Below, in pieces: positions 12,813 through 26,116 of a stretch of 64,000 bases of DNA. A program made the translations under genes and the position numbers. The notes beneath the pieces are model-generated. The model saw nothing but the letters and a program-made list of their open reading frames with translations. It ran no database searches and had not been told where the DNA came from. Numbering within the stretch: the first letter of the stretch is position 1; each line of letters opens with the position of its first letter. Source of the DNA: Octopus vulgaris (taxonomy: Eukaryota); contig OX597828.1 of assembly GCA_951406725.2 (NCBI GenBank), positions 15,438,001 through 15,502,000 on the forward strand, written 5' to 3'.

Positions 12813-15154
12813 AGATAGAATAACCACAGTTGTAACATCTTGATCTGAGTGGACCTGTGGTTAAACAACACTAACAACCCTCCCCACACTATACCCAGGA
12901 TCCTCACACCACCTCTTATAAATATCACTTTACCTCTTGTCTTTGCATTATAGATTAACGCACACAGATAATAGTGTAGTTTAACACTCACAGTTGTAGG
13001 TCAACTTTAAACAGCTTGTATTTATTCCACCCACTGTGGGCCATTCTTAGTTTGCATTTTCCTTGATCAACAACTTGTCAAGTTGCATTTCGTAATTTAT
13101 TATATTTTTTTTCTTTTACATTTAAACATATATAATTTACTCACGGAATAATTACACAAGCAAAATAATCACTCACACACATACACACACGGAATAATCA
13201 CATAATAATCACACAGATATGTAATCACAATATGTGGCATACATACACATATAACAAGTACACACACACACATCTATTCATTATAGGAATACTAGTATTT
13301 CTCTTCTTCTTAAGATAGCTTGGATCAATGTTTGTTTCCCAACTATTCCACACACCCCACTCCCAGACCCCCACCTTAACGTTCCAGAAAAATGTACGCT
13401 CCACCCATGTTTACTCTTTTACTTGTTTCAGTCATTTGACTGTGGCCATGCTGGAGCACCGCCTTTAGTCGAACAAATCGACCCCAGGACTTATTCTTTG
13501 TAAGCCTATCAGTATCTTATTCTATCGGTATCTTTTGCTGAGCCGCTAAGTTACGGGGATGTAAAACACACCAGCATCGGTTGTCAAGCGATGTTGGGAG
13601 GGGGGGGGGGCAAACACAGACACATAAACATATACACACACACACACACACATACATATAAACGACGGGCTTCTTTCAGTTTCCGTCTACCAAATCCATT
13701 CACAAGGCTATAGTTGAAGACACTTGCCCAAGGTGCCATGCAGTGGGACTGAACCCGGAACCATGTGGTTGGTAAGCAAGCTACTTACCACACAGCCACT
13801 CCTGCACATTGCGGGCAATGAAGAAATATCTAACAGTTTAGTATTTTACAGACAAGAAAGCAATATTTGAGTGTAGCTGTGAAAACAGCATAAAGACTAT
13901 GTATTTTACCCATAGGCGCAGGAGTGGCTGTGTGGTAAGTAGCTTGTTTACCAACCATATGGTTCCGGGTTCAGTCCCACTGCGTGGCATCTTGGGCAAG
14001 TGACTTCTACTATAGCCCCGGGCCGACTAATGCCTTGTGAGTGGATTTGGTAGACGGAAACTGAAAGAAGCCTGTTGTATATATGTGTATGTGTGTGTGT
14101 GTTTGTGTGTCTGTGTTTGTCCCCCTAGCATTGCTTGACAACCGATGCTGGTGTGTTTACGTCCCCGTCACTTAGCGGTTCGGCAAAAGAGACCGATAGA
14201 ATAAGTACTGGGCTTACAAAAGAATAAGTCCCAGGGTCGAGTTACTCGATTAAAGGCGGTGCTCCAGCATGGCCGCAGTCAAATGACTGAAACAAGTAAA
14301 AGAGATAAAGAGAAAGAGATACTAAATGGTCTAACAGTTTAGTCTACTTGTTTGCATTGGTTGATATTCATAGCGAAAACAAAAGGAAATAATTCTAATT
14401 TGGAATGGTGAAGCTTGAAGCAGATAAAGCTACAAATAATAATGTGTAAATATTAGGTTAAAAGCCACCTTTGGATAGAAAATGTCAAAGTCATGTTTAC
14501 AGAAAATGCAGGTTCGTGTGCATGGGCAGTCTGACATTTTCTATCCAGATGTGGCTGTGTGGTAAGAAGTTTGCTTACCAACCACATGGTCCCGGGTTCA
14601 GTCCCACTGCATCGCACCTTGGGCAAGGGTCTTCTACTATAGTCTCTGAGTAGATTTGGTAGGCAGAAACGGAAAGAAGCATGTTGTGTGTGTGTGTGTA
14701 TATTACTCTGATCAAATCTTCCATGTGTTAACATGTACCTCCTAACAACTGATATTTATGTTCCCATAACTTAACAGTTTGGCAAAAAGAGATTGATAGA
14801 ATAAGTACTAGGCTTAAAAGAAAAATAAATAAGTACTGAGGTTGATTCATTTGACTAAAATACTTCGATGCGGTGCCCCAGTATGGGCACAGAAGCAAGT
14901 CAAAGATAAAAAAAATAATGGAATTTTTAACTCAATATCCATGTGTTATTTATTAGTTATAGCTTTATCTACTATGAGTTCCACCATTCTGGTAAATAAT
15001 TATTTCATGTTCTCTTGAAGTTTTTAAATTATAACAGCAACAAATGAAAATAATTTTGTTTTGAAGATTGTATCTTTTCTGGGAATATTAAACTCATCTT
15101 CAGAGTGCACATTTACAATATTTAAACCGGCACTACATTTTGATCCACTACATT

Positions 15155-15493
15155 GTGAAGGCGCATGGCCCAGTGGTTAGAGCATCGAGCTTACAATCGC
15201 GAGGTTGTGAGTTTGGATCCCGGACCAGGCTGCTTGTTGTGCTCTTGAGCAAGACACTTTATTTCACATTGCTCCAGTTCACTCAGCTGTAGAAATGAGT
15301 TGCGACGTCATAGGTGCCAAGCTGTATCAGCTCCTTTGCCTTTCCCTTGGATAACACTGGTGGCGTGGAGAGGAGAGGCCAGTATGCATGGGCGACTGCT
15401 GGTCTTCCATAAACAACCTTGCCCGGACTTGTGCCTGGGAGGGTAACTTTCTAGGTGCTATCCTATGGTCAGTCATGACCGAAGGGGGTCTCA
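15155..15493 (+). mobile_element. tRNA-derived SINE with CORE-like body (third family)
   Basis: Head ggcgcatggcccagtggttagagc, core cttgagcaagacactttatttcacattgctccag, and a distinct tail. A related copy lies at 20750-21000(-). Confidence 0.75.
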
Positions 15494-18400
15494 ACATGTT
15501 GATCCATTTGATCTCTGATCATCTTCAGGTGTCTTAGTCTTGAATAATCTACATGAACATGGACTGGATTTAAGCAAGAAACTTTTATTTCTAAACCAGG
15601 ATTGGTGTTTTTATCCACTAAGCTGCTGCTTGGTACATAAACATGCAAGTGGATTAGTGAATAGATAAGAACACAATAGTTGTAATAACAACAGCTTGTC
15701 TTAGTCTTATAGGCTAACTAAGTTAAGGGGAGGCCTGAAGAATAATTAGCAAAATTTCTTGGCAGGAATGTAACAAGTGTATCTAAAGACCCACTATAAA
15801 GTATTAACATAGTGTTGTGTTTTTACAGGTGGGGAAAGGGTTGCACTTCCTTATAGCTATTCAAAAGTGAATTTGTAAAGTTGTCAAAGCATTGGCAAGA
15901 ATGAGTCACAACATGTGTTCTAACAGCTGTGACTTGAGTTCAAATCCTGCTGAGATCAACTCTGTCCTTCATTCTTTCGTTTGCTGTGAGGGGAGTTGAT
16001 TAAAAAAAAGGGTACTCATCCAGAATGGCAGATTCACGGAACTGTAAGAATGCTGAACAGGAAGTAATGCAGTATTTATCCAGGCTTTTTGCATTTCAAG
16101 TTCAAATTTTGCCTTCAACTTACTTGGATAGTAGACTTGATCTGCCGCCTAGTTTAACAACACAACCTTGCACCCAGGGTATCTTTCAGAGTCTAACCCA
16201 GTTGCAAACACTTGGGTTAGATCATTGGTGTGGGGATATTTCTCCCTTCTACACACACATACATACACACCAACTACATTTTAAAATGAAATACAGTATC
16301 ATCAATCCAGTTAATCATTTGTCAAAGACATTATTAGCAACAATAAATCTGATTAAAATAAACCTGAATATTTCAGTATATGAAGCATAAATACCAAACA
16401 TTTTTTCTTCCAATTCAGACTTGTTTCTACAGGCAAATAGCATGTTTGGAGATGGGATGTATTCTTAGAATATAGTTTAGTTGGCAAGCAGTCAGGTACC
16501 ATTACTGGGCAACACATAGCACCAGCACTGAAAGCACCAGTGCTGATTGCACTAGACTGATACCATTAGTGTTGATAGAACCAGGCAACTAGGCTAAATA
16601 GGGAACAAATATGGAAGGGTTGTCATCATGGTTACCCAGACATACTCTTCAATCTCCTGATCCAGTTCATTTAATTTCTAGTCAATCAAATTTTAAGAGT
16701 TCCTCTATTTACTTATCGAGAAAGAATTCTCATTAATGCTGAGGAAAGAAATTTTCTTAAAAATTCTTTCTGTTATAGGCAGAGCCTGAAATTTTTTTTT
16801 GGGGTGGGGTCGATTATATCAAACTCAGAATTCAACTGGTATTTTATTTTATCAGCCATAAAAGGATGAAAGGCTAAGCTAATCTTAGTGGAATTTGAAC
16901 TCAGACTGTAAAACCAAAAGAATTTGCAGCTAAACATTTTGTCTGGCATGATAATTATTCTACAAAGTCACTGCCTTTTTCTTTTCAATAATTAAATTTC
17001 AACTGATTAAAAAATAGTTTTCAGCTCACCATGTCTAATTATAATGGCCTGAATATAATGACATTTCCTTCATCACAATGCATCCTTGTGATATTTTTAG
17101 TGGGCGTTATTAATTTCACAAAGATACAAGCAGGAATTTATTCACATAGAAAGAACTGCACCCTGTGACTTTTTATTAGCGGTTTGAAGTCACAAGCTTC
17201 TATATTAAAACCTTGTGAATTCTCTGTCATATTTAGGAAAAAATTATGTGAACATAAGAAACTTCAAGCTGTGACTTCTTGATTAGGTGAGACAGTGGAT
17301 ACCTCTCGCAATGTCTCCATAATTTGGCTTACAATAGCAGTTGTTTTCTTTTCTTTATTCTTTTGCTTTTACACTATGGGGGTGGTGGGGTTTTAAATGC
17401 AATTAAACATAGACTTAAAACAACAGGTAGGCAGTAATTAATAAAACTTTATGTAAAACAATGAGTTGGGGGTAATTAATAAAATTTGATGCTACTGTAA
17501 CACAAGCAAATTCAAAGAACTAGATATTAATGAAACACAGGTGCAAATAATAATATGATTAATTTCTTATTTAGGTATAAGGCCAGGAATTTTGAGGGGA
17601 AAGAGGTTAGATGATGCCAATGACCTTAGTACTTGGCAAATATCTTATTTTATCAAATGTGGAAGAATTGTTACCATATTTATTTTGAGATGCTCTTTGT
17701 TCCTTTCAATTAATTTTAAATATAACAAAGAATTTAGTAAAATAACTTAGTTATCATTTAGCTAGTGTTAGGAACATAAATTGTGACTAAGGTTTGGTAG
17801 AAGATTTTTATTCAAAACTTATGAAAACAAGACATTTGTACCACAGAGCCAGAGCCAGTTTCAGCCGGGTTGGTATGGAAAGGGTTAAGCAGGATTTGAT
17901 CTCAGAATGTATAGAGCCCCAAAAAAAACCCACAAGGCATTTTATCTGATAAGTTATTGATTCTAATCCAACATCCTAATTTCTTTGCATAGGCAGAAGG
18001 CCAGAAATTTAGAACGTGGCATTGGTTGGATCAACTTCACTGGTGCTTTATTTTATCAACCTCAGAAGGATGAACAGTTAAGATGAATTTCGTTTGATTT
18101 GAATTTAGAACATAAAGTGGTATAACTAACTGCTACAAGATATTTTGTCCAACAGTAATGACTCACAATTGACTAACCTCAATGATAATGATAGTTCTCA
18201 GCAGGATTTGAACTCAGAAGAAATACCATATGAACAAAGCCTCAAAATTTTGGAGAGTGGGTGGGCTAGTCAATTATATTGATCCCAGGGGTGAAATGGT
18301 ATTCATTTCATTGACCCCAACCTTGGTGGCATTTGAACTCAGAATGTAAAGAGCTGGAAAAAATGCCATTAAACATTTTGTTCAGCATGCAAATAATTCT

Positions 18401-19784
18401 AACTCATCACCTTTTTGTTACCATATTTATTTTGAGATGCTCTTTGTTTCTATCAATTGATTTTGTGCTTCTTTACTTTTAGATACCCATTTTGGCCCAT
18501 CACGTTTATGCAGACTGCTCACCCCTTAATGTGACAGACTAGCTAAGCATCCCAACACCAGATATTTAAAGGACCCTTTGTTCCAGCTAATTCCTTAGGG
18601 AGGTGGATTTTGTAACCAGAATCTTTGATGCTGTTTTGCATTTTTTTGTTATGCCAGTTGATGTATTTCACTTAAGCATCAGAATAAATGTTGCAGTGCA
18701 GTCAACTTTAACTTGTTTTTGCATTTTCCCAATGTTATTCATCCTGAATCGTATGAACCAGACAACATAATATTATCAGGACTTAAACCATATTGCATAC
18801 ATTTAACCACATCGCTAAAATACTATTAATAATAGGTAACTGGTGCACTTGGTACAACATCCAAACTGTTGCCTGAGAGGCTGAAGGATATTGAAAGTGA
18901 AACCTGCATTGTTGATCTGCAGAAAAGTACCATTCCATATTTTACTAGAAACCAAAGAAAGATTCTTGAGATTTGAGGAGATTTTGTCACCAAAACTCAG
19001 GATGACATCCAAGCTAATTAAATTAGCATATAATATCCTGTTATGTCTGGGGAGAGTCATTTACTTTTTGTGCCTTATAATGTAACACACTCACCGGTAA
19101 AATTTCCACTTTTTATTTTCCTAAAATTTTCGTTGCGTCTTGCAACCTTTTTGATAGTCTACTACTGAAAAGCTTGCAAGACGCAATGAAAATTTTAGGA
19201 GTTAAGACTATTGAAAAAGTTGCAAGACGTAACAAAAATTTTAGGAAAATAAAAATAAGTGGAAATTTTACCGACTCCATTGAAACAATTGTACTGCATA
19301 TCCTTGTTGCTTATTTTGATTATAATCACCTTATTTTAAATTGTATGGATAATACCATACTAAATTCTATTGCCTTCAATTTAAGTACCATATTCATCTG
19401 AATCTAAATTTTTACTGAACTTATCTACCGTATATATATATAGCCGAAATTTGCCATGATGAATCGGTTTCTGACTGAAGAATGAAGGCTCTGAATTACT
19501 GTCCGTTTTTCCGTGTTTGTCAATTCGTGAATTTCACGTTCTTTATATATAAGTTTTATTCTATATATATATATATATAAAGTTAATCCAAACCTGAAAA
19601 CACAACAACATGAGGACGTGGAACAAGTATAGTATTATTGGACGCTCAAGAAAGAAGGAAAGAATAAGGAGGGTTTAACGTTTCAAGCAGAGCTCTTTGT
19701 CAGAAACATAGGAAAAGGAAAGATCCAAAGAAGGGAAGATGGAGGAAAAAAATCACCAACGTTACACACGCGGTCACATTTTGA

Positions 19785-19825
<41 letters not shown>

Positions 19826-21899
19826 CACACATACATACACACCCATATGCACGTATGTGTCAGGTTACCTCGCAGTTTCCATCTCACAAATTCACTCATA
19901 AGGCAGGCTGAAGACACTTGCCTAAGGTGCCATACACATTGAAACTAAACCCAAGCAAGCCTGGTCTTGGTTTTATATATAGTTTATCTCATTTGATTCA
20001 TGAAGGGCTAACTACTTCAAAGCAAAACAACACAATAAGTTACTGTAATACCATATTAATTATTAATTGGAGCAGGTAATCATAATTATGATGACATTAA
20101 CTTAGATGGATGGATAGACAGATAGGTAAACCGAGCCACTAATAACAATTAATAATTATAGTGATGGCTTAATTCCAATCCTTTACAATTGGAGCAGATA
20201 ATTCAAAGAGGGAAAGGTCAAAGCTAATGAGATAATCTTGCTAATCTTTGGTCAATACACGAAATAAGATGATTGAAACTTCAATAATAAGAGCATGTGT
20301 GTGTGTGTGTGTGTGTGTGTTTGTGTTGTGTGTAGTATGTGTTGTATGTATGAGTAAGAAGTGGGGGGAGGAGAGAAAGAGAGGGTGAGAGATAGAGATA
20401 AATAGAAAGAGTGTGTGTGTGTGATTTAGCATACATGTAAGAAGGAGATTAATTCCGGTCCAGACACAAAGTGCATCTCAAAATTTGGTACCGGCTTAAT
20501 CAAACAAACATCACTAAACAAGAGGCCAGCTGCAGATGATGGTAGGAGTGGCGTCAATGGTAATGGTAACGATATAAGGATAATAACTGGTAAATGATGA
20601 TGGTGAGCTGATAATAGGAGTTATATAAGAGCAAAGAGGATAGAGCAACATTAGTATAGCCATCACTTGCAAGTGGGTATTACTTCGTGACATGTACCAG
20701 CATCATCATTTAATGCCTGCTTTCTATGTTAGCATGGGTATAAGTAAAAGGTAATGTTATCCTTCTTGAATCATGCTGACTCATAAGAGCTGGTTTCCCA
20801 GTTAACATAGCGTATAAATTCTCCACCTGGATGAGACACCAGCACATCACAGGATTACTCACTTTTGCCAGCTGTGTGGAGTGCAGCAATGTGAAATGAA
20901 GTGTTTTGCTCAAGAATACATGTTGCCCGGTCCAGGAATTGAAACCACAATCTTATGATAGTGAGTGCAACGCTCTAACCACTAAGCCATGCACCTCCAC
21001 ATGCTCACTCTTTACTCTTTTACTTGTTTCAGTCATTTGACTGTGGCCATGCTGGAGCACCGCCTTTAGTTGAGCAAATCGACCCCAGGATTTACTCTTT
21101 GTAAGCCTAGTACTTATTCTATCAGTCCCTTTTGCCAAACCGCTAAGTTACAAGGGCGTAAACACACCAGCATCGGTTGTCAAGCAATGTTGGGGGACAA
21201 GCACAGACACACAAACATACACACACACATATATATATATATATACATATATAAGACGGGCTTCTTTCAGTTTCCGTCTACCAAATCAACTCACAAGGCT
21301 TTGGTTGGCCTGAGGTTATAGTAGAATACACATGCCCTAGGTGCCACACAGTGGGACTGAACCCAGAACCATGTGGTTCATGAGCAAGCTACTTACCACA
21401 CAGCCACTCCTACGCCTATATATTAGCATGGGTGAAACGGTTTGATAGAAGCTGACAAGTCAAAAGACTGTGCCAAACTCTATGTCTGCTTTGGAAAGGG
21501 CTCTACAGCTGGATGCTCATTTTAGGGCCAACCACTTTACAGAGTGTACTGGATGCTTTTTACATGATACCAGCAAAAGGGTTTTCAGTGCCTATTTCTG
21601 CTTGCAGCCTCTATATGGGCACCTGACCCATTAGAAATAGCAGCCAACACTTCCTCGGCGGCAGAGACAACTGTACAGTGCCAAATGATAGGCAGACTTG
21701 ATGTGGGATCATCGCACTTGCTCCTGAGCTGGCAAAATATCGTTAATGTGACAGCAGGAAGGCAAGAGGCTGCACCAGCAATCGGCTTGTATTCCTTTTC
21801 TGCTAAGTAGATAGGAGCAACATGAAATGATATGCCTGGCTCAAAGGAACAATAGACTACCTGGTCCAAAGGCAACATTAACAACTGTTGGCAATATGA

Positions 21900-22420
21900 G
21901 TGACTCCAAGGTAGCAACTTGTACTTGTGGCGACATTCACCCTGGGCGGGTTGAGTCGGCTTCTACCACCCTCGAGGCATCTCGAACCATGGCAGCCCAC
22001 GCACGATGGTCCTGTGCCAGTTCACTGGAGATAGCGAGCCAGTTACGGTTCCATCGGCGCAGGCCGATGTTGCCATTGTATTCGCCATTGAGAATTCATG
22101 GAAGAAGTTTCGTGGGAATATGTGGATTTCACAAGCGGTCCCCAACAATCCCGCATGTAGAGACATCCTGTTTGCCGCAGATTGTCCGCAGACGCAGGGA
22201 CAGAACGACCGAGGAGCTGCCGGTTGCCGAAACAGATACTCCGAGGATTTTCACCAGAGCCCCGTCTGCCGGGTTGTGGCCCTAATACCACTCGGTGTCA
22301 GACCATTCCGCCTTGGGTGGCCCTACCAGGAACTGAAGTTCCTGATGGCATAGCTCTGACACTACCCGTTGCCAGCGTCCCCACCACAGTGAGGAGGGGA
22401 TGGACTTTGCATCCCCAAAG
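21900..22420 (-). mobile_element. 5' portion (5'UTR) of an RTE-clade LINE
   Basis: GC/CpG-rich island. The reverse strand contains gagctatgccatcaggaacttcagttcctggtagggccacccaaggcgga, resembling the recalled RTE/BovB 5'UTR motif gagctatgcc...agggccacccaagacgga. Confidence 0.55.
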
Positions 22421-22669
22421 TCCATCCCCTCCAAGGTAGCAACAGCAGAATATGAGTAATTATGGTGATAATATTGAGTATAAGTGATGGCATGGTGGTA
22501 AGTATTGCAATGGAGGTAACGGCTGTCGTATCAGGAGTAATGTGTGATTGCAGGTGTAACTCTCAAGTCCAGATGAAATCATATGAGTGCCATTAGGTCA
22601 TAAGTGTGTCATGATATTTTAAACCTGGCCAGGCTCAACCCTCTTCAAGTCTGAACACAGCTGATTTCT

Positions 22670-22672
<3 letters not shown>

Positions 22673-22748
<76 letters not shown>

Positions 22749-22750
22749 GG
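22673..22750. repeat. (GA)n microsatellite
   Basis: Direct reading. Confidence 0.95.
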
Positions 22751-23030
22751 AGAAGAGGGGGAAATCAAACTTGGTACTTGACTGGTACTTTATTTATAGA
22801 AGCTGAATTGAACTCGACACTGCAAGCTGTTCCTGCTGTACCTATTTAGAGCTAGGTGGATTGAGAAATTTGGGAGTAAAACATCCTAAAGACATAGGCG
22901 CAGGAGTGGTTGTGTGGTAAGTAGCTAGCTTGCCAACCACATGGTGTCTTCTACTATGGCCTCGGGCTGACCAAAGCCTTGTGAGTGGATTTGGTAGACG
23001 GAAACTGAAAGAAGCCCAACGTATATATGT

Positions 23031-23077
<47 letters not shown>

Positions 23078-24072
23078 GTATATATGTGTATGTATGTATG
23101 TGTGCGTATATGTTTGTGTGTCTGTGTTTGTACCCCCCATCCCACCATCGCTTGTTAACCAATGCTGGTGTGTTTACGGCCCACATAACTTAGTGGTTCG
23201 ACATAAGAGACCGATAGAATACGCACTGGGCTTACAAACAATAAGTCCTGGGGGGTCGATTTGCTCGACTAAAGGCGGTGCTCCAGCATGGCCACAGTCA
23301 AACGACTGAAACAAGTAAAAGAGTAAGAAGAGAGAGAGTAAAAGAGTAAAGAAAGGGTTAAGCTGACACGTGCAGATAAAGAGAATACGAGGTGTGCAAA
23401 TAACATTGAGAATTGGCAATGTCTGTTGAAGCTAAGTGGAATAAATTTCAATGTGAAAACTGAGCTTAAACAACATGAAACAAGAGTGAGATGTTGATAA
23501 AGAACAGATGCTCAGATGAAGCTGATTATAATTCTGATGTTAACAGTGATAAACCGTTCACTTTGCAGTATCATCTTTTACTTACAAAGAGGTCAATTAG
23601 ACATGGTTTATCATCACTACTGTCAGTTGTTTGGTAAACATAGGAGAAAGGTTTTGTACTTTATGATGTTGGTTATGTAAATAGTTGTGACTATACATAA
23701 GTGGTTTAGTTTACCTAGAATAGATCTGAAACAAGTGACTATTATCAACAACAAAACAAAAAAAAAATTATTGGAAATGAGAAAGATACAAAACTGTGAA
23801 ATGGGAGACTTTATGTAAATGTGAGACCGAGATATAATCTATCAGATGACAACCATGAAGTGTCAAGAAAACACTTATCAAATTCAGATTTTATACACAC
23901 AAACACACAAAAAAGTCCACTACATTTTCTCCAAATTGTTTAATTCACTTTTTCCTTTATTTTGCATCACAAAGAAAATATGAAAGCAACTGTGCTTTAT
24001 AAGCATCAACTGATGTGTGCAGAAGAGCTGACTACATTGTTAAATGATAAAGAGCATAGGGTAAAAAATGTG

Positions 24073-24474
24073 GGATCTTTTCGGTTTGAACAGCAGTTTT
24101 TTCTAGCGGTGTCATATGAAATTGTCACCCATAATTATGACCCTAGTATCGATCTATTGCATTTCAATCTGTTTTAGGGGTGGGGGGAAGGGTATCTTTT
24201 TTTTCTTCAGAAATGTAAATAAACCCAATCTGTTTCTTAAACGAGGGACATATTCATACGGCACAGAATGTTTTCACCTCAATAGACGTCATTAATTGGT
24301 TGAAATTGCAGAAAATGAAGAAAACAACAAATATCTTACAAACTATAGAATTTTCTCAATAAAGCCAAGAGAAAAAGATGTTTTATAAACATATTCTACC
24401 AGTATATGAAGTTTAAAAGTGTTTAGTTACGTGGAAATTATTTTAAAAAACTGCCGGTCAAACTGAAAAGATCC
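24073..24474. mobile_element. MITE with about 30-bp GG-terminal TIRs and 8-bp TSD (Merlin-like)
   Basis: TIRs ggatcttttcggtttgaacagcagtttttt / aaaaaactgccggtcaaactgaaaagatcc, with TSD aaaatgtg on both sides. The right half is repeated at 52945-53140. Confidence 0.8.
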
Positions 24475-24496
24475 AAAATGTGCTATAAACAATAAG

Positions 24497-24816
24497 TTTT
24501 TCTTTATTTTTTCGCCCTTTTCAAGCCTAGCCAGGTTCATGGGCCCGGTTTCCCAGTTTCTGTGGCGTATGTGTTTCCCCCCAGCTGGATGGGATGCCAG
24601 TCCATCGTAGCATTACTCAAAAAACAGGAAGAGAGAGTGAGAGAAAGTTGGGGTGAAAGAGTATGACAGGGGTCGCCACCAACCCCTGCCGGAGCCTTGT
24701 TGAGCTTTTAGGTGTTTTCGCTCAATAAATACACACAACGCCCGGTCTGGGAATCGAAACTGTGATCCTCCAACGGCAAGTCTGCTGCTCTAACCACTGG
24801 GCCATTGCGCCTCCAC
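24497..24816 (-). mobile_element. tRNA-derived SINE (fourth head type) with V-domain-like 3' part
   Basis: Head gtggaggcgcaatggcccagtggttagagc...gtttcgattccc, motif cgatggactggcatcccatccag, and TSD ataaacaata. Confidence 0.8.
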
Positions 24817-25377
24817 ATAAACAATAGTAGCTATGATAAAGAAAGACCAAGAAAAATCTAGGAAAAAGTGCTGAAGTTACATCTCAGGGTGTTGGGCAAG
24901 CCTGACAAAATGACGCAATACTGAGACAGGTTTTATTATTGACCCACCCATTCCATGCCAGCATGGAGAAAAACAGACTTCAGTCCTTTTGATATCAACA
25001 CACCTGAGATTTAGCTCTATGGCACAAACTTCTTGTTTAAAAGTGATTTAAATTGAAACCTTCAATGAAAATTTATGCGAATCTATGTTTCTAAACACCA
25101 GCTTCATCTTTTAGCATTTAAACTGGCCATATCCAGCCCAAAGATTCTAATCGTTTTATGGTCAAAGTGTCAAAATGTGGCCTCTTACACCTATCCTAGA
25201 ATGTAATTCTAAAAATATACAATCACATCATTGAAATCTCAGAGATACAAGATAATGCATTAATTAATTCAAAACAATGCAAATTAATAAGTATTAACTT
25301 TTACAGAGTAAACTGAATGCTAAAGGATTAATAATGGCAAAATTATTTTACTGAATTCTTCATTATTTTAAGAATTA

Positions 25378-26116
25378 CCGTAAATCTTCGAGTATAATCT
25401 GCATTTTTTTCCCAAAATTTAACGGTCAAAATCCCTCGTGCGTACTATATACGAGGTTAAAAATGAAAAATATATTCTAAGCAATGTCCGAGTCTCTATT
25501 TGCTGTCTGGCAATGTTTATTCAGATGCATTTTGTGATTTCTGGTATGAAAATACCTTAAGCCAAGCCTGAAAGCAATGAAGTCATAAAAGAATCATCCA
25601 TAACTTGCAGTAAGCAACATTTATTAAAATAAAAGTATTCAAAACACAGAATAATATGTAACAAAAACAATTTGCAAACACATTTACATTCCCATATAAC
25701 AGTTAAGAACATTATTGTATTACGCATGCACGGAAGTGTTTGTTTGACAAGGTGTTGCTGGATTAACCCTTTCATTACCAACCCGGCTGAAACCGGCTCT
25801 GGCTCTTAGTACAAATGTCTTTGTTTTCATAAGTTTTGAATTAAAATCTTCCACCAAACCTTAGTCACAATTTATGTTCCTAACACTAGCTGAATGGTAA
25901 GTTATTTTACTAAATTCTTAGTTATATTTAAAGTAATTGAAAGAAACACAGAGCATCTCAAAATAAATACAAGTAATGAAAGGGTTAATTATGCATGACT
26001 CAAATTAGAGAAGGGGAGTGTATTACACACAAGGTTCAGGTTTTTCAGAGGTACGGGCCCCCTAAAAATCCCTTGCGTATTATACTCAAGGGCAGACTAT
26101 ACTCGAGGATTTATGG
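25378..26116. mobile_element. Non-autonomous Tc1/mariner (Tc2/pogo-like) element
   Basis: TA|ccgtaaatcttcgagtata ... tatactcgaggatttatgg|TA terminal inverted repeats. Confidence 0.75.
25767..25984. mobile_element. piggyBac-like MITE nested in the Tc2-like element
   Basis: TTAA|ccctttcattac ... gtaatgaaaggg|TTAA. Family copies lie at 17669-17888 and 52643-52792. Confidence 0.85.

Noticed and set aside
15155-15230. tRNA genes at SINE heads
   Set aside because: A and B boxes are present but are fused to SINE bodies with no intact cloverleaf or terminator.
15125-15535. Minus-strand hammerhead split by a SINE (CUGAAGA...GAUCAAAA)
   Set aside because: Too degenerate, with no GAAA and an uncertain helix I.
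21585-22439. GC-rich overlapping ORFs as a host gene
   Set aside because: No recognisable domain or splice sites; better explained as an RTE 5' region.
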